Assembly: GCA_051294905.1 (NCBI GenBank) | Contig: CM119372.1 | Coordinates: 30,566,001 to 30,630,000 of the forward strand | DNA: 64,000 nt | Source of the DNA: Botryllus schlosseri | Lineage: Eukaryota | Reading direction: 5' to 3' | Shown here: one piece after another, positions 1-13,700 of the stretch | Position numbering within the stretch: the stretch's first letter is position 1 | Layout of the letters: each line of letters opens with the position of its first letter | The notes under the pieces: model-generated | What the model was told of the DNA's origin: nothing | What the model saw: only the letters and a program-made list of their open reading frames with translations | Database searches by the model: none | Made by a program: the position numbers and the translations under genes

Positions 1-1726
1 ATTATTGGTGACTAGGGCCAGGCAAATGGAGTAACCGAGTATTTTGATTACCACTCATCATAATGTCACAACAGTAAGACGGAGGAGAATACAGGTTAGG
101 TATCTTACACGAAGAAGTACGCACAAATGGCAGTTTGTTGAAATTAGTTAATACGAGCTATCACATAGCGCCTTGCAGGATTGTAATCAAGTCACATGGT
201 TCCGAGTCACCAGTCAATCTCACTTTTCTAGTTTTGACTCGAGTCAAGTCAAGTCATTTTCAATTCACCACCGAGTCAAAGTCCGAGTAGAGGGTCGAGT
301 CCGAGTCCAAGTCACTATGTTCACCGTTCAGTTTTGAGTACAACCCACTTTCTTCAACTCTGCTTGAGTGATAAAGAATGGCTCGCAGTTTTAACAGTGA
401 AATTCCAGACATGTCCGGGAAATTCCGGACGTATGGCAACCCTACCCTAGTTAAAATAAATGCATAGCGTACATGCTTGAAATTATGTAGTTACGACTGA
501 TCAAGGTTTCAAAGCTACTGCCATGAGAACAATGTAAAGAAACTATAATTCTTTTGAGTAAATTAACACTTACCAGGAAGGAGCTTATATTTAGGAAATC
601 TTGAAGATATAGACTCTCATTATTGGACTTGAATCCTTGTGCCCAGCACTATTATGGACATTAACATTTCACAAATGACACAAGCCTTCCAGTAACAAAA
701 CTTGATTAAGAACTATCGACAGGGTTGGTAACCCTAACACTGACATTACCGCATCTCCGCACGTGTATCAAGAGATGGTTCAAGAGGTCACAGTTTGCCC
801 TGAAGTACTAGTAGAAATAATATCATAAATCAATTACTGTCAAGCATTCACCATCAAAATTATTGCACGTACCGTCGTGTAGATTGGCAGTGTGAGATCC
901 GGAATACCTACGAAAGAAAATGGGAATTTGATTCAATGTAAATTAAACAATTAATGGTGACTTGGTAATCTAACAACACCAATAGTATTCTAAGTGATGA
1001 CTCTACTTTGAAACAAGTATCTGCTGAATTCATTGGCAGCTACGGGCGCAGTAGATTAGAATGCGTTGCTGCGGCTTTCAAAACGAAACGATATGAATCT
1101 ACTAAAACTCGCCTCTAACACAATGTCATGTCTCAGGTAAAACGGAAGTATATTTTTGTCAAAGAAGGCGCCAAGGCGGGCCTAGCAAGCACTGCAGAAG
1201 TAGTTACAATAGAGAAGGTAATCTTACAGCTGGCGGTCACACCTCAAAATTTAATTAGATGGTTTTTCCAGAAAGCCATTGTATATTTCATATACATTTT
1301 TTACTTCCAGGCGTGGACAGTGAACACTGGAACCGCCCCAAAATCAATCTAAAAATGAAACTTGGCATTGCTTCAAAGAATGCAGATCAGTTAAATAATG
1401 GGCTATTGACTCCCACTAAGGTAGATGATGTCAAGTTCCACTGAGAACACTGTCAACGGTGGGAGCACTTCATTAGTTTAGTCGGCTTAGCTAATTTGCG
1501 ATTGTTCAGAGAAATGCAGATTTTCTTGTTTGAGTTCGATTTTGGAGTGTGGGCTCCAGTGCCGGTGCCGGAATGAGTATCGTAGTAGCGTTTGTATAAA
1601 ACTAGTATAACTGGATTTCGAGGTGTGGCTGCCAGCATAAAAACCAAGTATGCCAGTATTGACAGTATTCTCCTAGTTAAAGAATTCGCTTTTCGATCTC
1701 ACGAGAAACAACAGTTACAGCCGTAC

Positions 1727-4700
1727 CTCTTCAAAACAGCCCCGCCAGACTTGTGCCGCTGTCTACTCGCCGATGACACCGGCACGAAGGCAGAAGACGA
1801 CAGTTTAGCCGGGGCTTCCGACGCCGTCAATTTTCTCACAGGCGCCAAGTCACCGGACATCTGCGTTTGCGGTGATTTCTTCACACAACTCGTGGTGACC
1901 GTAATCAGTTTGTTGCCTACAACCCAAGTGGCGGCTGTGCCGTTATCGAACAAAAACTGGGCCAGCGGGGACCTTTTTGGGGTGGCGGACCCAATTGAGA
2001 AGGTGTGTCGGGCCATCATGTCGATGCAGGACTCCATCAAGTTATTGCGAACGTCTTCGAATGATTTCATGCCGCTGGCCGCAGCCTCGGGGCGGTTGAC
2101 AGAACGGAAGTTGCGTGTGATGAATTCCACAAAGTCCAAACGGAAGCTGATGCGGCATTTCGTGAACCACGTGCCGATGACAAAGTGCGCCAACGATACG
2201 ACGTACCTGCGAAATGACAATGTGTCTCAAGCGGCGGGAAAATCATGATATGGCTAATTTGGACCCTGTAAAGTAAGTGAGCGATTCTTAAACTGGTGTC
2301 TGCGGATTAGTTTCAAGGGCGCCGTGAAAGGGTAATGTCGAAAAAACAACTATAACTATAACACTTGGTTGTAATTATTTTTAAGATCTCTCAGTACTCA
2401 TAGATAACTAACCTACAGATAGATAAGCCACTCCTGCTGTCACGCATGCTTGCCTAGAGCAATTAACTGCCGAGTAGGGCAATAACAGCGTAATTGATAA
2501 TCAGTGGGCTGGCGACCCAACTGCTCAAATTAAATATAATTGATCCCATTCGAAAGCTACTGTCACGCATTGTTTTGAAAAATCGCAGCGATGCACCGCA
2601 CTGACCATAGTAACGGCCGTTGTGTCGGTGATATTGTTCAGAACATCTCCGATTTTCAGACTTTGCAGAAGTGGTTCTAAAACTGGGGGCGCGAAAGCAT
2701 CTGAAGGGGGGCGCGAAGTTGCGGTCAACTGAAAATTTTACTTCTAATTCATAGTTATTGCTCTGTGTATAGTCCGAATTTGATATTTGAGAATGCTCTC
2801 ATCAACAGTCACAACTTTCCATGCCATCAAACTATCCGTTGGGATTGCTAGCATTCTGGTTGCATTTTGTGATATGACGATAAGGGGGGCAGGAAATTTT
2901 CAACTATCGTAAAAGTGCGTGTCTAAAAAAGTTCAAGAACCGCTGCTTTAAAGGTTGTTTTGGGATGGTTTCATTGCCCCTGCCCATCTATCCGTAGGTT
3001 ACTTATCCATACATGTGCCCATTCTTGTATTCAGTGCTCACAACAGGTCGCTACTAGAGTCCGGCCGATTATTTTGCCGATACCTTCAAGTTCGTATTAA
3101 ACTATGAAAGAAGTATTGGTATCGACCATGAGAGGTTGAAATTATCGGCAAAATACTCGATTCAGGATCGAATCACTCGGGTAGCCTACTCAATTTTCCA
3201 AGTCTCAATACTGACCACCTCTGCAGACCGTAGCATCGATGATGAAAACAAAAGCAAATCAATCGCACCTCGAAAACTTGGAAGGATTTGTGTAATGCAA
3301 AGCGACGGCAAACACACTCTTGTACTGTTCCTCCACAAAATTCATGAAAAGCTCGGGCATCTGAGCCAGCACAGCCAGAAGCTCCAAGACGGCAGTGGAC
3401 AAGTGAACAGTGGCCGACATCTGCGTCAGTCGGTTCAGCACAGCAGGCAGTAGTCGTAGCAAAGCGTCGTTCGGCAGCTCGGCAATGCACAAAGTCACAG
3501 TCTGCACGCAGAGCCTAGCGCATCGCGACACAAATCCTGATTCGAGACAACGTAGGATTTGACGTTGTCGCGAAATATCGATCCACCGATGATAGCACAC
3601 GATCGATGAAACCACTTTGATAACGGCGGCTTGCATGTCAGTCTTTGCGATTTGCGGGTTGTACACTTTTCTTTTAGTGAGCTCCGCGTCTGAGGTCATG
3701 GTGCATAAGGTGGACGCGATTTCATCGACGTAATGTACGCAAGGGTAACCCGCGCACGGTTCAGGGCCGTTTCCGGTGAAAGCGAATTTGTTTTGAAGAA
3801 GGCTTTCCAGTCGGGATAGCACGCAGCTTATCACAGACCACGAGTGGTCGTTGTTGAGGCAAGAGATGACGCAGTCCAGAGTGCTTTCGTACTCCAAATA
3901 CCCATAGTCACCTGTGCCATGGCAAAAACAGATTAGCGATTGCAGTTTCGATTGTGAGATTAATTCAATACATAGAATATGGCTCTTTGACTTAGAAGTG
4001 TCGTGTGTAACATGTTAGCAACGAACACATTAGCTAACAATACACAGAGTAGCCTACCCCTGCATTTTCTGAGGAAAGTAGATTTGACCCTTTTGTACTG
4101 GTTACTCAAAGTGGCTGTGCTGGGACTACTTCCAGGAAAGTCTACATACTTTTTTACACATCAGAATTTGTATAAGTGGAAAATAGTTTTGCGTTGAGCT
4201 AGTGTAATTGCCATGAGAGTAGCATGATATAGCCCTAGCATTATGGCAACTGAATATAGTATTTTTGAATATCGCATTATTTGTAGAGCCATTAGTCGTT
4301 TTAGTCACGAAGATGCCTCTTACAACTTGCAAAGTAGCCACCTCTGATAACTGCTAGAAGTAAGCAAACCGTTGACCGAGCCTACTTTTTGAACCAGTCA
4401 ACTAGTTGGATTTGTAATTGAGTATGAATTTACGGTGTTAATTCCATTTCTACTGGAGTGTCAACGATAATAAAGGGAAAAGTGTACCTGATCTGAGAAA
4501 AAGCAATTTTCAAGCGTGACTCCACCGATTCTTACACATCACGACAGCCTAGACCAGTGGTTCCAACGTGGGCGATTTTCAGAAACAAGGGGGCGACTGA
4601 GGAGGGGGCGAAAATGTTAGAACGTCCTGTGAGATATCTGTACTTAACACGTTCAAAAAATACACGTGGAGACGGCTTATTCTGACCGAGTTGACTAAGA

Positions 4701-7700
4701 AGAGGTCATAACTGGGGCGATTTTAGCATAGATTGTAGCGTTGGGTCAAAAAACAGTCAAACTTGTTTACAAAGTCAAAAAGAATTTGCCACCTGCATTT
4801 CGTTTGTATCGTAGATTTTGCTCTTTCGGTTAACTCATCATTTGACATTTTCAGCTTGTAGCCTACAATAGGCCTACTGTTGTAGATGACCCATTGTATG
4901 CCCATCGGGAATCATAAACGGTCTAATGAAACAGAAAAGGTGGACATAATGTTATGCTCAAAGCACCGCAATATCCTAACTTTAGCAAAACTGCGTGGGC
5001 ATTGGTACTTACATCAAGAAGCGCACGATGGAAAATCGTGACGTATAGACAACATTGTCAGGGTGAAGCAACACGGTGTGTCACCAGCAGTGCACGCACA
5101 ACTTCAGTGATGCCAGCCAATAACTGCTGCTGTTGAACGTTTTTTTTCCATTCTTGGTAAGCTACTTTGGTAAGGACAGACACTTTCTACCCGACAATGT
5201 AGGAAAGTGTCTTTCCTTGTATACAACAAATTTCAATTATTTCCACCACCATGCGTGATGTAACTACTGGAATTCTTCATAGGTCCAGATATCGTCAAAA
5301 TAAAGTTTTTTCATGCAGAAATTTGTCAGTTTCTAATTCAAATAAGTTTTTTCAGGCCAAACTACTTCATAAGGACAGACAGTTCCAACCAGAAATGAAG
5401 ATAAGTAGTACAATTATAACATTATGTGGGAAAACACCTAATTTACATGCATGAGGTCAAAATGTGGACAAAATTAAGTTTTTTAAGGCAAAACACTTGT
5501 CTGAATCGTGATTTTTTAGGTCAAATTCTTCCCTTTTTTAGGCAAAAATTCGCCCCAGTCATAACTAAACGGAAAATGGACGCGCAAACCGTTTTTCAGA
5601 GCACCTGCTCGAAAAATGCCCTTATTTTTAGTCAATTTACCAGCGATCAGTGTTACATGAATACATTCCCCGTATATTTGTCCTCTTTCTTGGATCCGTA
5701 AATATTGTTTTGAGCTTAATAAGGGGGAGATTATTCGAAAAAGGTTGAGAACCACTGACCTAGACTAATACTGAACTCATAGAAACAGACGTATGAAATA
5801 CAGACCAACAGTGGTAGCGTTTCCATCGTCAGGAACGGCGAGTAGACTTGATGCGATGTCTGCTTCGCGATCCTGAAACCACAATCAGCCTAGTATTAGG
5901 ATTAGAAAATTGACAGACTTGAGTTGATTGCAAGTCGCGTATTCGGCAGTAGAGTGAGACATACTGGAAATGAGCACGTATTTGGATTTTATTTACACGG
6001 AATTTGGATTTGGGCATCAAAACGACACCACCGATTTGGACGAGTGCTTCCTGCAACACAAAATCCGGATTTGAATTCAGACTTGGCCATGATACGAAAT
6101 GAACTCATCTGTATTCGGACTTTGGCATGATATGTAATCAAGTCTGGATGTGAATTTTGAACTTGGATTAGCTTATAACACGAAATGAACTAATGGTTTG
6201 TATTCGGGCATTTTTGATTCATTATAAGCCTCATATGCATTATTGCATAACAGACCAAAACTGAATCAGGTTCTGCATTTGGATTCCATTAGGAAATCAT
6301 ACGATATGAATTCAGGAACACAAAACCTTGTATTACCAAGACTGTAGAAAAACAAACTCAACACAACTCACCCCTTGCATATAAATCATTCCTTTATGAT
6401 CGACACGCAGCGATAGCAACAGTTGAAAAACTTCGCGGCGACATTCGATCAGCGGCGAGTTCGTGAGTATTGAAGAATACGTAACGTCCGAACACATTCG
6501 GCGTAGAAATAATATAAGAAGGCGGTAGGCTTGGATTGCATTTGACCCCGGAAATCTGTGAAGACAACGTTTATTTACACCAGTAATAAGTAGTTGGCTG
6601 GCCATGAGTCAGACATGATAATGGACCTGAGAAAAGCGATTTGTAAGTATATCGAGAAAAAGGGAGGGAAAAGGTACAACAAAACGGGGGGAGAGGAGGG
6701 ATATCTAACAGATAATGTTCTAAATTCAAGTTGATTAATCTGGTTAAGCCTGTGTGCCAACACTAATGCATGAATGATCAGATAATCTTACTCGTGTACA
6801 CATCTCTACACGCATGAACAAGCCAGATAAGGCATACTAAAATATATATTTGAAGAGACTCTTTAGGGTACAGAACTTTAATATACATTTTAATAAGAGC
6901 TGACACTCTTCAAGGGCAATCGTCAGCAAATGGAGAATTTCAAAAACATGCATCTAGCTACATTGCATACAACCAATTATGACGTCATAGAAACAAACAA
7001 CATGAAATAGAGGCAAACCGCGAGCGCAGCTAGTGGCCAATTTTCCGATTGACTGAAAATTCCTGCTGACACAAGCGCGGTCGGTGGATTTTAATATAAG
7101 TCGATTCCAGTGAAGACAGATGGAAATTAGTGCGGCCTCTACCTAATACATAATATATTACTAGAACGTAATCAGGCCATGGCTATGAACTCTGCCATCG
7201 GCAGGCATTTGGATAAGAATGCAACTTGCGCTAAAAACTATCGCGATGAAAGATTCTCTATATTAGGTAGAGGCCGCGCTCATTTCCATCTATCTGCACT
7301 GGCATCGACTTATATTAAAATCCACCGACCGCTCTGGTGTCAGCAGGAATTTTTAGTCAATCGAAAAATTGGCCACTAGCTGCGCTCACGTTTTGCCTCT
7401 ATTGGATGTTGTTTGTTTCTATGACGTCATAATTGGTTGTATGCAATGTAGCTAGATGCATGTTTTTGAAATTCTCCATTTGCTGACGATTGCCCTTGAA
7501 GAGTGTCAGCTCGAAAAGCTTCGGGTTTTAATATATTTATGCCATGAATATATTATTGAAATGTATATTAAAATATAATTATATCATATTTTATACGATT
7601 TCATTAAATTCAGTATTGATATGTGAATAGCGACTTACTCACAAAGCATGGGAAAAAACTCACAAACAAAATGCATAGCGCTATTGATGACTGAATGTGA

Positions 7701-10700
7701 GGGCATAATCTAGTATGGCAAATGGTTGATTATAAAGATTCAGGTCGTTAATACAGTGCCGTACACAACAACAGAGTGAAAAAATAATATGTACAAAATG
7801 CAAATCTATTCAGAATAAGGGATAAGCAGATTACTCTCTCCAGAGAACAATATGGGATTTTAAAAGGGGGTGGAGTCCAGCTTGGTAAGGGAGTAGACGG
7901 GTCTCTGATTGCACCCCCAGTCTACACCACAGAGTGGAGATATAATAAATTAAAAAAGCAAGTGAGAGCACAAGAGCAAAACACAGAAGGAAGTGTTTTG
8001 CATCTCCACCCAAGAAATTAGAAATACTTGTAATGTAAAGTAGTCAATGATCCTATTAGAGTATAAGTAATGCCATTGTTTGTAGTCAACTGTACAGCAG
8101 GATGAAGTCAATATTTTCAATTACAGGCCATGGCCCATGACCATGGGGTGCCACAAATAGATGCAATTTTAAAGCCGCATTCTATTATCGTGAATGAAGG
8201 GCAATTCTGCACTGATGATTGAGGAACTTTTTGAGCAACAAACAATTGTATAAGTGAGAAGCTAGTAGGCCCAGTCGGGTGCAAAAGAGCATAGCAGACA
8301 TGAAAAGCAACACGTCAGTAGTGAAAGCATAAAAACATACTCGAGTAGGCTACTCCTGAGAGTACTAAACTACCAATGATGCACACATATCAACAGAATT
8401 TGGATCAAGCCAAATTTGGTGCCATACGATTTCAAAATTACTAGACGATATGAGTCACGGGTTATCTATGCGAGTTGCTGAGAATGCTGCTCGCATGATA
8501 TACTCTATATTAAATATTACGAGACTACAATTCAACATAAGTGAGGTTTATTGACTGAAATGCTGCATGAAGAGTGTAATGCTGCGAAAATTTAACTATG
8601 AATCACAAGTCACCCCATTTTTGTCACACGTGACGTCCAAGTCAAGGAATTTTAGGGTAGTAGGTCGAGTCAAGTCATTGTCAGCACTGCAGAGTACCAG
8701 TCCACTTCAAGCAAGGAAGGTAGTTCATTTTGACCTGTACCATGGAATTACTTTGATGATGGAGATACAAAGGAAGCTCTATGTTATAGAGTCGGTACAA
8801 GAGTGCCGCGAGCCTAGCGGAGAAGCCGAGGGCACCAGTGTCACCAGCAAGTCTTTGGCCTGACCCGGCCAGGACTCAAACCCACATCCTATCAATCGAA
8901 AATCCGAACACTCCACCACTAAGTGCCATCATGACATACAAAAATAAGCAAAAGCAGGACACCTACCTGTACATTTTTTGCTTGAATACATCAATTAGAC
9001 CTTCAACAACGACTTCAATATCGACAAAAGAAAAGGATTCAGCATCATCAGCAGTATCTGCAATGTACGGCGACTTAGCAAAAATACAATCCAGTCACAC
9101 TCGCAAAAAAGCCGTTACATTTTTCAACCCAGTCGCTCGTCAGTGAACTTTCTATAATCTCTAATATCGAAGGCACTTCATTGTTGGCCAGTAAACAAGC
9201 TTCGAAAAGGAGTTGCAAGCATTTTGTCTTCACAGTCAAGTCCCGTTCGGCGGAAACGTCTTTAAATGCAGTAACCAAAACTTCATTGATAAGTTCCTGG
9301 AAATTGGAAAGCGAGTTCATATGAAATTCGGTAAAGGCTGCGGTGGTCATTAATGAGGTGTCTCGTACGTTATTCTTTTAGGTTTCGACTACTTGCGCGA
9401 TATCGCTGATACTACATTCTACATATATCGTCGATAAAGACAATCATCTGTGTTGATATCGAAATTTGACATGAAGAGCTTCTCGGAGGTACAGAACTTC
9501 AAATACAACTAAATGGTATATTCATATTGAAATGAACACGAATATTTTCGCTGACACTTGTTAAGGGTTATCGTCAGCAACTAGTAGAGAATAGGAAGAA
9601 ACATGGTATGACAACAATCGTATCACCAAACATGGCGTCACCGGCATGAAATTTTGAATAATCGGGGCGAAAAGAGCGCTTTTTTACATGCTGGTGACGT
9701 CATATTTGGTGATAGGATTGTTGGTATACAATGTTCTTTCCAATTCCCTACTAGTTACTAACGATTACCGTAAGATTCGTATTATGAAATGGTCATAAAA
9801 ATCGGAGCCGTGAAGTCTTGAGTAATGGTAACAGGCTATGATTATGATAATAATACCAATATGTTGAAACAGCGGTCATTCAGACTCGTTTCAATCCTGC
9901 AATTTTCAGAATTGGCCCAATCCATTTAAAACACTTTTTACTCGAGTATTACTCAGACCTGTTCAACTTGGAGTCTTTTGGCGTGTCTGTTGCTACTCCC
10001 ACTCGTGATCGAGTAGAAATTTACATCAACTCTACTACTTCCACTTCCAAGGATCATGTAACAGCAACATAATGTGATCATATCCTTCAAGGACACTGTA
10101 TCAAGGCCACTTGAGGCTTTAGAAGAAATGCCCCTTGTTCCTACACAGACCTCTTCATATAAATTCATGCTCTCTTCAATAACGGGAGCCAACACTTCGA
10201 CCACTTTCAGGCGGATTTCCGATCTCGATTCGTTCTTGTAGAAGGTGTCGACCAGCAACAGAATGTTCGGGATCCAGTTCTGCTTGGTGGGATTGATGGC
10301 CTGAAGAAAATCGACAGAAAATTGACGAGAAAGCCAGATGCAAAGTGATCTACAAATCAGATCAAACCAGAGCAATTTAGCTGACAGAAGATTTGACCAA
10401 AAAGTCTACTTCAAGAACTGGAAATTTAGGATTCTCACAGACACAGCAATATCCAGGGTTGCCCCTCCAAATAAAAACAAGTCATATAAATAAGAACAGC
10501 TGACAGCACTGTCCATACACTTATGAAGTTGACCGAGTTCTCGAGAGTCCATAGTCTTGCTCGTACAGCAATCAGCAGAGAGCGAGTTGAATGAAAATTA
10601 ATGCCGCTACCAGAGCTGAGTAAAGTATGGATTGTAATTTCAAAAATCACATTTTATAATTTAGTCAGATTTGGACCAGATATGGAATTACGATTGATCA

Positions 10701-13700
10701 GAACAGGGGTTCCCAACCTGTGGGCCATGGCTACTCCACAATAAATAAATAAATTAAAATTTCAGAATGATACCAACACAGCAATGAGCATGGGAGTCTT
10801 GAGTTTACTTCATTTGTTTTACTTCTAGATTTCTTAATATTAATATTTTGAAATTTGCACAATGGCTACCTATGCTAAAAGAAGAATGATGACGGTTATC
10901 CAAAGTTTGCGTTCACATATCTACATGACAAAGGAGTGTGCAAACCACACTATGTTTTATGTTCAACAGTTCTGACAAATAAGTCAATAAAACCAGGAAA
11001 GCTGAAGGTTGAGAATATAGGGGAACATTAATTTTTCTACATTTCAAAAGTTTGGGGGGGGCACTGTGTAAAACAAGCTGTGCATTAGAAGTAGAAATCT
11101 GATTGGTAATTGGACATAAAATTTTAAGTACTGTTTCAAGTCTCGGGAGATTACAAAACAAATTGCAGTTGTTTAACATATTCAGACATCATACGAAATG
11201 AATTCTGGATTCGGATGTCAACGCACCAGATTCTGCACACACATACACACTGTGAAAAACAACAGAACATGGGTGGGACATATTTGCACATAGGTGAGCT
11301 TACCCTTAGCTTGTGTGATATCAACAAAAACACCGAGTCCTTGGGCCTGTCGGCGACACACTGTTCGGTAATCGCAAACAACCTTTCCACGGGCCCGTCG
11401 TACGCTTCCGTGCTGACCAATTTCTCGATGAAGGTGACAATTTCGTGAGTAGCCGTTTGCAAGGATGTCAAAACCGAAGATTGAACTTTCTTCGAAACGT
11501 TCTCGTCCGCAATTTCCAACAGCGAAGTGGCAATGTCAAGGACGTGATCCCAGGTAGCGGCCTGATAAACAGACAGAGGTGGTCACTGGTCAGTAACAGA
11601 TTGTGCCTGCATTATGAGAGTACCCAAGTCAGAGTTACCTACATGCATTACTGATTAGAATGGTTACAATATTAAATAACTACCACTGCTGCTTTAGCTT
11701 CTGATGAAAAACTACCAATATTTACACTACTTTGGCTACTGTATGGCTATTGTGAAGTAGAAAATAGTTTGTGCGACTTTTGTGTGTCAATTTACCATAT
11801 CAGACGGCGGAAATAGCCCTGGTATCGTGTTGGAGGTTATACATCCCTACAAAAGTGCAACGTGCCATATCTGAAGCGAAAAATATACAAGGAAAAGCAG
11901 TACTTTTGCCATACTAGCAGCGGCGACAATTGCAAGTAACTATCCTGATATGACGCTATCATCACTAATGGTTTGAATTCTTATCTTCATTCACTGGTTT
12001 CAATTCACGGTTCATATCAGCATAAAACAAACACAAAACTCCAGATATAGGCTTCGCCCAAAACCAACAAAGTTGCCAAGTTGAAAAACTTGCCTGCAAT
12101 TCATGCCCGTATTTTCTGACCAGTCTCTGTATCGTAAGCGCCACTTCGAAGGCGAGTTCCAAATTTTTAGTGCGCAAAGCTCGATGGAAAGCCGGCAGCA
12201 CGGATTGAGGCGTTCGCTTCAGAGTCTTTACCCGGACGGAACCCCAAAGCCCCATCCCGACGTAGAAAACGGCGCTTCTGAGAAGTGGCCAGTCCGATAA
12301 GAATCTGGGATGCTGTAAATAGGTATGTTAAAAATGTTCGGCAAAACTAACATAATGACTAAGATATATTGAAAATCTAACTAGATCTCCAAGGAATCCT
12401 GATTTTTAGCATTTTAATTTGCCTATGCGATATGGCGAATAGGCCCCCCTCTATGTTCCGCGTCCACACCTGACCGCACATTGACCACAGGTGGCAATTA
12501 GTGGCCGCTAGCCCATGGATCCTATTTTGTTATGAAAGCAGAGAAAAACTGCTGGAAAGACTTCAAAAAAGGCAAACTTTCTAAATATCACCCATTGCCT
12601 GGAAAGAATGACCATAAATGTTACATATTCCTTAGGCCTACCTATCCAAGAACACAACTGTACAATATTTTCAGTCCTCGAAGAAGAACATCAAGGTCTT
12701 TTAGATCAATATTCCGCAATTCCATCAATTTCATCAAAAATAGACTGAACACAGCATACTTGCAGTAGCGAGCACATGATTGCGATGCAGCTATGTCCCA
12801 AATGCGTTCCCAACAACTTTCTCATGAGTTTCCAGCTCTGATCGCAAAACTTCTTTGTGTTGGAAGTATGGCAGAGCATGATTGTGACAGCATTCAGGGA
12901 ACCATGTGGTAACGAACTGTAGCAAATAACGGCGTCGACAACCTAAAATACAAATCAGATTACGCGCATGCCTGTCGACTATTCTTCAAGGAAGCGTCAT
13001 ATACAGACTTTAGATCAGAAAACAATGGAATGGCACAAACCTGCAACCCCAGTTCTTTTTCCTGCTCGTCGCACCGCGATTTACAAAGGTCGCAAACATA
13101 CTTCAACATCATCACAATGGCATCCTGATCCAGATAGGACGAATTGAATTTGATGATATTGATTAGCAACGACAAAAGAGTTTGATCTCCCTTCATGATG
13201 GACAGCCAGTTGACGAGACAAGGACCGAGGTCTTGTTCGAATAGTTCGGCGTCTTTGCCGTTGTCTGTTAGCGCTTCGAAGGTTTTGACAAGTTCAGGCA
13301 GGTCCTCGGGTACATCGTGTTCTTGAAGGGCTTGGAAAAATACAGCGCGCATAATTCCAAGGTGACGATACTGGCCCTGTGACGATATGGAACAAAAATT
13401 AGCATGGATTAAGAGAGCGAATCGTATAAAAATAGTAACTTACTAAAAAAACAAGCCATCACAAATCACGTGCGCTAAGCCCTAATCACTGTCTTATTGA
13501 GCCCTGGACTCCTTTCGAATAAAGCTCAAAGCGCAACGTCTCGATAATTTTTTTCAGGAGTGGACCCAACCAATAATTTTGCACAATCACACTTTTGTTT
13601 GTAAATATCAACACGCTTTTCGAGCAATATTGTTTTCATAATATGATTCAAACTTGATGAAAAACAAAATGTTACATTTGAAGATCACTAGTAAATTTAC

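Noticed and set aside
540-1650. Candidate downstream TSC2 exons (for example 575-650 with a CTG|GTAAGT donor, 1300-1350)
   Set aside because: No recognisable tuberin motif and phases could not be chained from 1727; left unannotated.
1592-2248. 218-aa plus-strand ORF
   Set aside because: Antisense shadow of the TSC2 exon at 1727-2206; no independent family motif.
8720-8840. Candidate TSC2 exon after ctccgctag
   Set aside because: Translation shows no tuberin similarity, and the exon at 6372-6555 already continues the alignment in phase.
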